A stretch of DNA of 64,000 nt, taken from NCBI GenBank assembly GCA_020853615.1, contig JADYYO010000342.1, forward strand, positions 3,172 through 67,171, written 5' to 3'. The notes under the pieces were generated by a model. It was not told the origin of the DNA. It was given only the letters and a program-made list of their open reading frames with translations, and made no database searches. Positions 17,071 to 25,040 of this stretch are shown piece by piece. The position numbers were made by a program, and so were the translations under genes. This DNA comes from Thermomicrobiales bacterium. Lineage in GTDB: Bacteria > Chloroflexota > Chloroflexia > Thermomicrobiales > UBA6265. How positions within the stretch are numbered: the stretch's first letter is position 1; each line of letters starts with the position of its first letter.

Positions 17071-17673
17071 TCAGGCGATCGGCCAGATATGGGCGGCACG
17101 CACGCGGGCGAGCATCTTGGCCGCGCCCTCGGCGGCGACCGGGTCGAGCACGATCCACTGGCCGGTCAGCGGCTCGCGGACGCGCACGAAGACGTGGCTG
17201 TACTGGCGCTGGCCGCGCACGAACGCGTCCCGGAACGCGACCGTCATGATCTGGACCTCGCGGCCCAGGATCAGCAGCAGCGCCACCAGCAGCGCCGTCA
17301 TGTCGTCGCAGTCGAGCGACGGCCGCCACCGGGCGTCGCCCGCCTCGGCGACCTGGCCGGTGCGCGCGATCTCGAGCAGCTGGGCGGTGTGCCGCTCGAG
17401 CCGCGCCAGCACTTCCGCCGGCGACCGGACGAGCTCGACCGACCGCGGGTCGTTCGCGTAGCGGCAGTTCGCCAGCACCCAGTAGTGGACCGCGCCGATC
17501 TCGGACAGGTAGTCCTTCGACGGCAGCCGCCCGACGATCTCCTCCGCCAGCTCGCGGAGCGCGTAGTTCAGCTGGGCCTTGACGGCCAGCCGGCGGATGT
17601 TGTCGACGGTGTGCGGCGCGCCGCGAAAGCGCTCCGTCGTGACCCGTCGGCTTGCATCGAACTGACCGCGCAA
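17071..17673 (-). CDS. transglutaminase-like cysteine protease fold protein
   Basis: Cys-His-Asp core pattern: LDCDDMTALLVALLLILG ... YSHVFVRV ... WIVLDPV. Start is probably TTG at 17673 (uncertain). Confidence 0.7.
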   Translation of the reverse strand: MRGQFDASRRVTTERFRGAPHTVDNIRRLAVKAQLNYALRELAEEIVGRLPSKDYLSEIGAVHYWVLANCRYANDPRSVELVRSPAEVLARLERHTAQLLEIARTGQVAEAGDARWRPSLDCDDMTALLVALLLILGREVQIMTVAFRDAFVRGQRQYSHVFVRVREPLTGQWIVLDPVAAEGAAKMLARVRAAHIWPIA

Positions 17674-17712
17674 CGCATGTTCGCTTCCCGGGAGAGGGAG
17701 GCCTGTAGCGTA

Positions 17713-19629
17713 TCAGGTCTGGGCGCGAAACAGTAGCTGCGCGACCTGGCGGATCCACGTGCGGCCGTGCTGCGTCACCAGCGGGCTGGACGGCTTCTCG
17801 GCCGCGACCGCCTGCAGGAAGCGATCGATCCCCACCTCCTTGATCCACTGCACCGTCGCCGGCGGGATGAGCTTCGCCGCCGACGTCGCCACCTGCTCGG
17901 GCTTCACGCCGCGTCCGAGCGCGTTCTCGAGGTACGCGACCGCCATCGCCACCTCCTTGGACTCCGGCGGCGGCGTCGCAGGCGCGGGACCGCCCTGGGC
18001 GGCGGGCGCGGCCAGCGCGGGCGCCGGGGTGGGGGTTGGTGCGGGCGCGCCGGCGGGCGCCGCCGCACCAGCACCAGCGGCGGGCGCGCTCGGCAGATCG
18101 CGCCGGCGGCGCTGGGCCAGCTGGGGCGCGGGCGCGGCCGGAGGCGTGCCACCGGCGCCGGGCTGCGCGATCTGCTGGCGCGCCCGCTGCTTGGTCGCCG
18201 CCAGCATCTGGCGGACCTGCGCTTCCTCGTAGGGGCCCTCGAACAAGGCCTCGCCGCGGTGGATGTACCACTTGCCGTCATCGGGGTTCTTGAACGGGCG
18301 GCCGATGGGCGGCAGCATCCGCGGCTGCGGGTGCGGCGCGGGGGCCGCCGCCGGCGGCGCGTCGTCGCCGGCATCGGCATCGCCGACGTCGCCATCGCCG
18401 CCGCCGGTGAGCCGCTCGACGATCTTGATCCCCACCTCGCTGTTGCCGACCGCGTCCAGCACCTGCGCGTACCACGGCTTGTTCTCGTCGCCGCCCCCGC
18501 CGCCGCCGGTGAGCGCGTCCATCTGTTCCTTGATGGTCGCCATCTCCTTGAGCAGCTCGACCGGGGTCTTGTCCTTCTTGTCGCGCAGCGCGCCGATCTC
18601 GCCCTTGCTCTCGGCGATCTGCGCCTGGAGCCGGGCCACCTCGCCCTTGAGCGACGCGATCTGCGTCTCGTAGGCGATCTTCAGCGCGGCGCTCTCGCCG
18701 GACTGGCTGCGCTCGACGTGCTTGAGCTCGCGCTCGTGCGCCTTCGTCAGATCGGCGTTGGTCCGCTCCATCTGCTTCTGGAGATCGGCCAGCGCGCGAT
18801 CGTGGCGGTCCTCGAGCCGCTTGACGTCCTGCGCGTGCCCCTCGCGGAGCTGGCGCAGTTCGGAGGCGTGGTTGTCGCGCAGCTGATCGAGGCGCTTCTC
18901 GTAGCGATCAGCCTGGGCCTGGAGCTTGGCGTTCTCGTCGTCGACGGCCTTCGCGAGCAGCTTGTCGCGGAACTCGTCGCGCGGCGGCTGGCGCGTCGTC
19001 GCCGCCAGTAGATCCTGCTGGAGCCGCTCGTTGGTCGTGCGCATCGCGGCCAGCTCGTCGCGGAGCGGCCGCATCAGCAGATCGATCTGCGCCAGGTCGC
19101 CGAGGCCGCCCTGCTGGCGCCCCGCGGCGATCTCGCGCTCGAGCCGGTCGGCGCGCTCGCGCTCCTTGTCGGCGAACTTCGTCGCGACGCCGATCGCCGT
19201 GGCCGAGACGTTCTCGTTCTCGATCGGAATCGCCGCCGCCGGCGCCGCCTCCGTCAACGGCCGTCCGTGCATCTTCGGCTCGCCCGCGAGCCGCAACTGG
19301 CGCGCCTTGCCGTACCGCCACCCGCCCGTGTCCTTGGGGAGTTGCAGTTGGAGCTGGAACGTCCCGCCGCCCCACATGTCGCGGATGTACTCCTCGAGAT
19401 CATCGGGGACATCCTCGATCGTCTCGAGCACGCCGCCGCAGTTCTCGCCGTTGCGCCCGGTCCGGGGCGCCTTGCGATCGACGCGCACCTTGCAGGCCAG
19501 GCCGTTCGTGTTGGCGTTGAACCACTCGGCTGTCGACAGATCGTCTTCGTCGCGATCGCGGCGCAGCGCGGCCGACTCGCGGCCCTTGGTCGGGCGCTCG
19601 TCCATCGTCTCGGCGTCGGGCGTCGACAT
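17713..19629 (-). CDS. long coiled-coil protein (scaffold-like?)
   Basis: 638 aa with a ~250-aa heptad-like E/R/K/L/Q region, Pro/Ala linkers and a globular C-terminus; TAGATG junction with the upstream gene. Confidence 0.8.
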   Translation of the reverse strand: MSTPDAETMDERPTKGRESAALRRDRDEDDLSTAEWFNANTNGLACKVRVDRKAPRTGRNGENCGGVLETIEDVPDDLEEYIRDMWGGGTFQLQLQLPKDTGGWRYGKARQLRLAGEPKMHGRPLTEAAPAAAIPIENENVSATAIGVATKFADKERERADRLEREIAAGRQQGGLGDLAQIDLLMRPLRDELAAMRTTNERLQQDLLAATTRQPPRDEFRDKLLAKAVDDENAKLQAQADRYEKRLDQLRDNHASELRQLREGHAQDVKRLEDRHDRALADLQKQMERTNADLTKAHERELKHVERSQSGESAALKIAYETQIASLKGEVARLQAQIAESKGEIGALRDKKDKTPVELLKEMATIKEQMDALTGGGGGGDENKPWYAQVLDAVGNSEVGIKIVERLTGGGDGDVGDADAGDDAPPAAAPAPHPQPRMLPPIGRPFKNPDDGKWYIHRGEALFEGPYEEAQVRQMLAATKQRARQQIAQPGAGGTPPAAPAPQLAQRRRRDLPSAPAAGAGAAAPAGAPAPTPTPAPALAAPAAQGGPAPATPPPESKEVAMAVAYLENALGRGVKPEQVATSAAKLIPPATVQWIKEVGIDRFLQAVAAEKPSSPLVTQHGRTWIRQVAQLLFRAQT

Positions 19630-20196
19630 CTAGCCCTCCTGCCCGGGCGTCGCGCCGCCACCCTCGACCGGATCGACGACGGGCTCGCCCTCAGCCGGCT
19701 CGGGGCCGGCGTCGTCGTCGGGTGCCTCGGGATCACCCTCGCCGTCGAGCGTCGGGATCGCCATCACGACGTCGCGCACCGCGCTCTCGGTCGCGCGGTA
19801 GGTCCGGATCGCGTTCTGGGCGCGCTTCCGGGTGGTCTGGTCCGCCGTCTTCACGGCGGCCTCGAGCAGCTGGCAGATCACCTTGCCCTGCTCGAAGACG
19901 GCCATGATCTGGCCGATCGTCTCCTCGTGCAGAAACTCGCTGTCCTCGGCGAGCGCGTCCAGTTCCTGGGCCAGCTCGGACACCTCCTGGACGACGTCCT
20001 CCTGGACGGCTTCGGCCACGGCCTCGACGAGCGGGTAGGCGTTCATCGCCAGCTCGCGCTTGAGCCACTCGAAGACGCTCTGGACCGTCGGGACGGTCTC
20101 GCCCTCGGCGAGCGTCGCCTCGAGCGGCGTGGCGAGGATGCGCTCGCGCGCGAGCGCGGCGTCGGTCTTGGTCTGCTGCAAACGGGTGACGGTCAT
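19630..20196 (-). CDS. acidic helical protein
   Basis: 188 aa, GGAG RBS 7 nt upstream, E/D-rich, ends DPEAPDDDAGPEPAEGEP. Confidence 0.75.
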   Translation of the reverse strand: MTVTRLQQTKTDAALARERILATPLEATLAEGETVPTVQSVFEWLKRELAMNAYPLVEAVAEAVQEDVVQEVSELAQELDALAEDSEFLHEETIGQIMAVFEQGKVICQLLEAAVKTADQTTRKRAQNAIRTYRATESAVRDVVMAIPTLDGEGDPEAPDDDAGPEPAEGEPVVDPVEGGGATPGQEG

Positions 20197-20208
20197 CGGG
20201 AGAGGCTC

Positions 20209-20892
20209 CTACGGGTTGACGACGAGATCGGGGTTGTTCTCGAGGAAGGTCTCGCGGCGCTTCTGGAGCTGGCGCAGCTCCTTCGGATCGCCGGGATCCC
20301 ACTGGTTGCACTCGTAGACCAGGGTCTCGGTGAGATCGGTCTCGCAGCCGGGCTGGCGCATGCACGTGCGGACGATCTGGCGCGGCGCCTTGACGGGCTT
20401 GCCATCGGGCAGCGGGACGACCTGGTTGCCCTCGCAGACCATGCACGGCACCCATCGCGGCGCCGGCTCGTCGATGACGTGGTGGTGCGCGCCCGCGTGA
20501 TTCGCCACCAGCCGGCACGGGATCTCGCGGTGGATGCCCTGGCTCGGGCGGTAGCCGCACGCCGCGTCGTCCGACGGGGCAAGATCGGGCGTCGCCATGA
20601 CCTGGCCGCGCCCCGCGCAGTTCGGGCACGGCGCCATGTCGCGCAACCCGTGGACCGGGTCGAAGGTCTGCGCCGGGTTGCCGATGTCCAGGTGGACCTT
20701 GAGCTCGCCGTAGTAGCGACACGGGCCCCGCAGGCAGATGAACGTCTGCGGCGTCGCCTCGGGCAGCGGCGCCGGCGCGCCCACGGTCCCGGCCGCGATG
20801 CCGCCGTCGGGCGCGATCGGCGGGAGCGGGGCGCTGTCGATGTTGGCGTAGACGTCGATCGGGCTCTTGTGGCGCGGGGGGAGAGTCGGCAC
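20209..20892 (-). CDS. Cys-rich protein, first gene of late operon
   Basis: GTG at 20892 (VPTLPPRHKSPIDVY...). Several CxxC-type pairs (CPNCAGRG, CMVCEG). The upstream part of tracked ORF 20209-21231 is low-GC3 noncoding. Confidence 0.6.
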   Translation of the reverse strand: MPTLPPRHKSPIDVYANIDSAPLPPIAPDGGIAAGTVGAPAPLPEATPQTFICLRGPCRYYGELKVHLDIGNPAQTFDPVHGLRDMAPCPNCAGRGQVMATPDLAPSDDAACGYRPSQGIHREIPCRLVANHAGAHHHVIDEPAPRWVPCMVCEGNQVVPLPDGKPVKAPRQIVRTCMRQPGCETDLTETLVYECNQWDPGDPKELRQLQKRRETFLENNPDLVVNP

Positions 20893-21464
20893 GGGTGGTG
20901 ACACTACGCGATCCACCGGGCGGGTTCTAGCGCCGTTCGTGCGGCGTTTTCGCGAGCCCCGATCGCGCACGGGCGCAGCTTTCGATCGCCACCAGGCCGA
21001 GACCGTTGTGGCGTTTGGGTGCCGCTCGAGCGCGCGGGCAACGCCAAACCGCCGCGCAACTGCGCTCGGGGCCCGGTTTGGCGTTAGCGGATCCTGTTGC
21101 CAAAACGCGGATCGCGGTGCCGTTCCGGAGCGATCGATGGCGCGCAAGCGCGATCTGCGGCCTGGTACCGCGGTGGCCCCGGTCCCGCGCTGGACCGGGC
21201 GCCGGATGGCCCCGGTGCGATGCGATGCCACACCAGCCTACAGTGTAGGTGTTGCGGCCCGCAACATGGTTAAAATCCCCCGCCAACCTGTCAGGTTCCC
21301 GGACACTTTCCGGTGGATTTTCACCACGTGCCCGGTCAAGTACCCGGAAACACTGCGCCTAGAACCCGGCATGCCGGATGCTTTGACCGGGAATGCGGCC
21401 GGAATCCTCCGGCGCCCCCGGCTGGACAACCGGGGCCCGTCAACCCTCACCGACAGGATACCCG
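20893..21464. promoter_or_regulatory. 572-bp divergent control region between late (-) and early (+) operons
   Basis: Lowest-GC stretch. TTTGGCG/CGCCAAA inverted repeats (21010-21108). Palindromes CCTACAgTGTAGG (21237-21249) and GTTGCGgccCGCAAC (21251-21265). TAAAAT box at 21271-21276. CCGGA-N4/5-TCCGG palindromes at 21299-21313 and 21399-21412. Confidence 0.6.
20901..20906 (-). promoter_or_regulatory. -10-like TAGTGT, 8 nt upstream of GTG 20892 (leaderless late-operon promoter candidate)
   Basis: Minus strand reads gatcgcgTAGTGTcaccacccGTG. Confidence 0.35.
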
Positions 21465-22160
21465 ATGCTGGCGACCGAAAGCCGCGCCCATGGCGCGGTG
21501 GTACAGTGCCCGTCCTGCGCCTGGACGGGGCCGCGCACCGCGCGGGGCCCCATCCCAGCGCACAAGGTGATTCGGCTGGCGGGCCCGGGCGATCGACTCG
21601 CCTCCCGCCACCGCGGGGCCGCTCCCGTGGGACCCCGTCCCGCGTGCGCGGGCCCCATGTCCGACCGGCAGATCGCCCGGGCCATCGCCCGGACGTTCGC
21701 TGCGGTGCGCATGCCGGACCTTGCGCGACTCTCGACCACGCTTCCCCCCGATCTCTGGGCTACCAGCGCGCTGTACCGCGCGCTGGCCCCGATGCCGTGG
21801 GCCCGCTACGTGGTGCGCGTGCTGGCGCCGCTGGACCACGACGGTTCGCGCCGGACCGTGGTGCAAGCGTTCCACGTCCGGGCCCATGCGGAAGCGTGGG
21901 CCCACGCGTGCGCGCTGGCGCTGGGCCCCGCGGGGACCAGCGCGCGCACCGCGGGCTACGTGACCGTGGGTGCGCTGGACACCCGCCCCAAGCGGTGGGC
22001 CACCATGGCGAGCTACTACGGGCGGGATCTGGGGCTCGAGTCCCCGGTCACGTACACCGCGATCGATCCGGGTGGCGTGGTGTTCCGGTACACGGATCCC
22101 GCGCACTACCCCGGCCATGGCGACGCACCGTCGCGTGACGCGTGGGATCGGATCTGGTGA
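21465..22160 (+). CDS. hypothetical early protein
   Basis: ATG 21465 (MLATESRAHGAVVQCPSCAW); alternative start 21657 (MSDRQIARAIAR); the C-terminal 160 aa clearly look like protein. Confidence 0.55.
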   Translation: MLATESRAHGAVVQCPSCAWTGPRTARGPIPAHKVIRLAGPGDRLASRHRGAAPVGPRPACAGPMSDRQIARAIARTFAAVRMPDLARLSTTLPPDLWATSALYRALAPMPWARYVVRVLAPLDHDGSRRTVVQAFHVRAHAEAWAHACALALGPAGTSARTAGYVTVGALDTRPKRWATMASYYGRDLGLESPVTYTAIDPGGVVFRYTDPAHYPGHGDAPSRDAWDRIW

Positions 22161-22444
22161 TGCTGGCCCCGGCCGCATACACCGTCGCGTCCGACGCGTA
22201 CGCCCGGGGCCGCTCCGGGAAGTCTCGCGACCCGCTCCCGGGCGAACGTCCGGACGCCCCGCTCCCGGCCACGGATCCGTGGCTCGCGGGTCACTTGGAT
22301 CGGTGGCTGGAGCGTTGCGCGCCGCATGGCGCGGACGTCGCCGAGCTACGGGCCCGGATCCTCGGGTACTACGCGACCGATCCCGAGGATGCCCACCGGA
22401 GCGATTACCCGACGATCCTCCGCCGGACCGGGGGCGCGCGATGA
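22160..22444 (+). CDS. hypothetical small protein
   Basis: MLAPAAYTVASDAYARG...; TGATG junction with the upstream gene. Confidence 0.55.
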   Translation: MLAPAAYTVASDAYARGRSGKSRDPLPGERPDAPLPATDPWLAGHLDRWLERCAPHGADVAELRARILGYYATDPEDAHRSDYPTILRRTGGAR

Positions 22445-22677
22445 TGCCGTGCGCGGTCATGGTGCGCCTCCCGGGCGGCCGGCGCATCCTGGACAGCTAC
22501 CGGCCCGGACGTCCGTACTACCCCGGCCCGGGCGCCGCATGGCGCCGGGCGATCGTGATCGCGCGCGCCACGCGTGGCGTGGTGGTCACGGTCGAGACCT
22601 GCAATGGCGCGCGCCTCGCATCGATCACCCGCGCCACCGACGGCGCGATCACGATCGACACCCGGAGAACCCCATGA
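22441..22677 (+). CDS. hypothetical small protein
   Basis: ATGA overlap; MMPCAVMVRLPGGRRILDSYRPG... Confidence 0.55.
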   Translation: MMPCAVMVRLPGGRRILDSYRPGRPYYPGPGAAWRRAIVIARATRGVVVTVETCNGARLASITRATDGAITIDTRRTP

Positions 22678-23012
22678 AGATCCAAGCGTACACGAGCGGT
22701 GGCCGGTCGGAGATCGCCGCGGGCGGGTTTGATGGCCCGTGGCGGTTCGATCGGTACCACCCGGCGCCCCCGGCCGACGGGTGCCGGACGTGCGCGCGCA
22801 TCGCCCCGGCCCAGTGCAGCGACCACCGGCCCGTCATGGAGCGGTGCATGATCCTCGGGCCGGGCGATCTCAGTCTCCGGTGCGTCGGGTACAGCGGCAA
22901 CGGGCCGGCCCGGCCCGAGGATCCCGCGTGGCGCGCGTACGATCCGCGCTGCGGAAGCTGCTACCTCGGGACGCCACACACGATCGCGCGCCACGATCAC
23001 GAGACCGCGTGA
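22674..23012 (+). CDS. Cys-rich small protein
   Basis: ATGA overlap; MKIQAYTSGGRSEIAAGG...CRTCARIAP...CGSCYLG. Confidence 0.6.
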   Translation: MKIQAYTSGGRSEIAAGGFDGPWRFDRYHPAPPADGCRTCARIAPAQCSDHRPVMERCMILGPGDLSLRCVGYSGNGPARPEDPAWRAYDPRCGSCYLGTPHTIARHDHETA

Positions 23013-23091
23013 TCCGGTCGCGGGGTCCGGGCCATCGCCCGGGCCGCCTCCCGACGCTGCGAACCCTTCCCCTTCCCTCTGGAGCATCACC
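23013..23091 (+). repeat. intergenic repeat element copy A (hairpin + conserved 21-mer + SD)
   Basis: CCGGTCGCGGGG, hairpin CCGGGCcatcGCCCGG (23027-23042), core GCCTCCCGACGCTGCGAACCC (23046-23066), CT-rich tract, GGAG. Confidence 0.8.
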
Positions 23092-23460
23092 ATGATCACG
23101 TTCGATCTGTACTGGACCGAATCCGCGCGCGCCTGGCACGCGGTCATGCCCGGCGCGTGCGGAAGCGGCGCCACGCCGTGGGAAGCGCTGGCGGAAGCGT
23201 TGACCGTCTGGGATCGCCGCGGACGCCCGGAGGCCGATCCCGCGGACGTCCGGCGCGGCGGCGCGGACTGGGTGATCGATCACGTGGTCGACCGCGGCCC
23301 CGGTCACTTCTACCGCTACCACGTGCGCGGCGTGAACCTGAACCAGCGGCCCGGCGGGTACGCCCGGATCATCGACTGGGACGTTCCGAGCATCGCCGAC
23401 CCGCGTTACGAGATCCTCCCGGGCGCGTGGGGTTCCGCTTGCTGGAAGTGTGCCGCGTGA
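23092..23460 (+). CDS. hypothetical protein (122 aa)
   Basis: Full ORF MITFDLYWTESARAWHAV..., GGAG RBS. Confidence 0.7.
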   Translation: MITFDLYWTESARAWHAVMPGACGSGATPWEALAEALTVWDRRGRPEADPADVRRGGADWVIDHVVDRGPGHFYRYHVRGVNLNQRPGGYARIIDWDVPSIADPRYEILPGAWGSACWKCAA

Positions 23461-23669
23461 GCGATCCCGCGATCTACCTATCGACGTCGGATGGGCGCTG
23501 GCGCGTGATCCACCACGGCGCGCAACTGTGTGCTGATACCGATCTGGCCGGTGCGCGACGGGTCGCCGAAAAGTACCGTCTCGATCTCTCTGGAGTTCCC
23601 GTGTGGAATGGCGATCTCGGAATCTGGGAGGATCGGCCCGGCGCCCACCGTGGCGGGGGTGGGCGGTGA
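23457..23669 (+). CDS. hypothetical small protein
   Basis: GTGA overlap; VSDPAIYLSTSDGRWRVIHHGAQLCAD... Confidence 0.55.
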   Translation: MSDPAIYLSTSDGRWRVIHHGAQLCADTDLAGARRVAEKYRLDLSGVPVWNGDLGIWEDRPGAHRGGGGR

Positions 23670-24034
23670 GCATCGCGATCGGGATCCGCTGGCACGTCTA
23701 CCAGGTGCGAGACGGCGCGGCCGATAAGCACGTGGGGACCGTGGTGGCCATGGACGCGGACGGCGCGCGCCGCAAGGCGTTCCTGCGGTTCGGCTCGGGC
23801 CGTACTGCGCCGGTCGGCGACCGGCCCGGCCGCGGGTTCGCGATCGGGTTCACCCTGCGGTGCGAGCGCTGGTGCGAGGTGCGGCCCGGCGCCCACCGTA
23901 CCGCGGCGGAATGCGCGCCGACGCTGCTACCGGATCGCACGTGCGCCGTGTGCGGCGTCGCGCACGCGAACCCGTGCCCGACCTGCGGCGCCGGCGGGTT
24001 CCACGCCGACGGATGCCCGGAGATCGACGCGTAG
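23666..24034 (+). CDS. Cys-rich small protein
   Basis: GTGA overlap; VSIAIGIRWHVYQVRDG...CAVCGVAHANPCPTCGAGGFHADGC. Confidence 0.6.
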   Translation: MSIAIGIRWHVYQVRDGAADKHVGTVVAMDADGARRKAFLRFGSGRTAPVGDRPGRGFAIGFTLRCERWCEVRPGAHRTAAECAPTLLPDRTCAVCGVAHANPCPTCGAGGFHADGCPEIDA

Positions 24035-24127
24035 CCCGGTCGCGGGGCCGGTAGACGGTCCGGGGCCCAGTGCCCCGGCGCGCCTCCCGACGCTGCGAAC
24101 CCCTTCCCTTGCCCGAGGATCAGCACC
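24035..24127 (+). repeat. intergenic repeat element copy B
   Basis: CCGGTCGCGGGG, hairpin CCGGGGCccagtGCCCCGG (24060-24078), identical core GCCTCCCGACGCTGCGAACCC (24082-24102), GAGGA. Confidence 0.8.
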
Positions 24128-24799
24128 ATGCGCCAGCGCTACGCGATCACCTACGTCTCGGATCGGTCCGGGCTGCGAACCCTGCGGTTCGCGAACCAGG
24201 GCCACAACCACTATGACGATCCGAAGCATGCCGCGGCCTGGCTGCGGGCCGCGCTCAAAAACTCGCCGACCGGGCTCGGCTCGGATCGCGAAAAGATCTC
24301 GCTCGCGGTGTCCCCGGTCGAGTGTTACGACCACGGCGACGCCACGGGCGTCTACGTCGACGCCGTGCTGATGACCCTGCCGGATTGCCTCTGGCTGGAT
24401 CTGGCGTCGATCCCCGACAGCCTCGCCGGGCGCGGTTTCTGGGACGAGATCAAGCGGTACTGGCCGACGCCGACCCGGCCCCAGTTGGCCACCGCGCGCC
24501 GCGTGTGCGCGCAGCTGGCGGCGCTGGCCCGGCCGTACGCCATGATCCAAGTCGCGGAGTGCAACGGGATCCCCGAGGCGGCCCGGCCCGCCCTGGCCGA
24601 GAGCGCGCGCAAGATCGAGGATCAGGCGCGCGCGCTGATCGCGGAGCTCCCGCCGCTCACCAGCGGCAAGCGCGCGGGCGTCAAGTTCACCGGCGACCCG
24701 CGCGGGTTCACGCTGCGGGTGGTGATCCCCGACGCGCCCCACGACGGCAACACGTGGGGCCGCGATGGGGAGTTTGGGATCGATCCCGGCTACGTGTGA
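24128..24799 (+). CDS. hypothetical protein (223 aa)
   Basis: Full ORF MRQRYAITYVSDRSGLRTLRFANQGHNHYDDPKH...; normal composition. Confidence 0.75.
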   Translation: MRQRYAITYVSDRSGLRTLRFANQGHNHYDDPKHAAAWLRAALKNSPTGLGSDREKISLAVSPVECYDHGDATGVYVDAVLMTLPDCLWLDLASIPDSLAGRGFWDEIKRYWPTPTRPQLATARRVCAQLAALARPYAMIQVAECNGIPEAARPALAESARKIEDQARALIAELPPLTSGKRAGVKFTGDPRGFTLRVVIPDAPHDGNTWGRDGEFGIDPGYV

Positions 24800-24810
24800 C
24801 GGCGCCGACG

Positions 24811-24835
24811 GATGGCCCGGGATGGCCCGGGCCAT
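24811..24835 (+). repeat. 10-bp perfect tandem repeat GATGGCCCGG x2 overlapping 14-bp palindrome ATGGCCCGGGCCAT
   Basis: Read directly at 24811-24835 in the gap between the 24128-24799 and 24873-25040 genes. Confidence 0.8.
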
Positions 24836-24872
24836 GCTTCGGAATCGTTCACCTCACCTTGAAAGGATCACC

Positions 24873-25040
24873 ATGCGACTCCGCCAGTACGTTCGGGACA
24901 ACCGCGATCACCTGACCGCCTACGTGCGCCAGGCGCTCGGCCGGCCCACCGTCAAGCTCACCACGTCCGATCTGGAAGACTGGATCCGGAACGATGAATC
25001 CCTGTATCTGGCGGCAAAGCGGGCGGGGGCGAACCCGTGA
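24873..25040 (+). CDS. hypothetical small protein (55 aa)
   Basis: AAGGA RBS; MRLRQYVRDNRDHLTAYVRQALGRPTVKL... Confidence 0.55.
   Translation: MRLRQYVRDNRDHLTAYVRQALGRPTVKLTTSDLEDWIRNDESLYLAAKRAGANP

Noticed and set aside
17713-19629. 638-aa protein as portal or terminase; ComM-like 25037-25834 as packaging ATPase
   Set aside because: The 638-aa protein is mostly coiled coil with Pro/Ala linkers and has no P-loop. The ComM-like protein lacks the Walker A lysine and sits in the early operon.
21137-21464. ORF through the control region (MARKRDLRPG... / MVKIPRQPVRFPDTFRWIFTTCPVKYPETL..., part of tracked ORF 20867-22138)
   Set aside because: By eye only ~65% of third codon positions are G/C (many gtt, aaa, caa, cct, act, att, gaa, aca, cta), versus nearly all in real genes. 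The region is full of palindromes and repeats, and the ORF continues as junk across the next gene.
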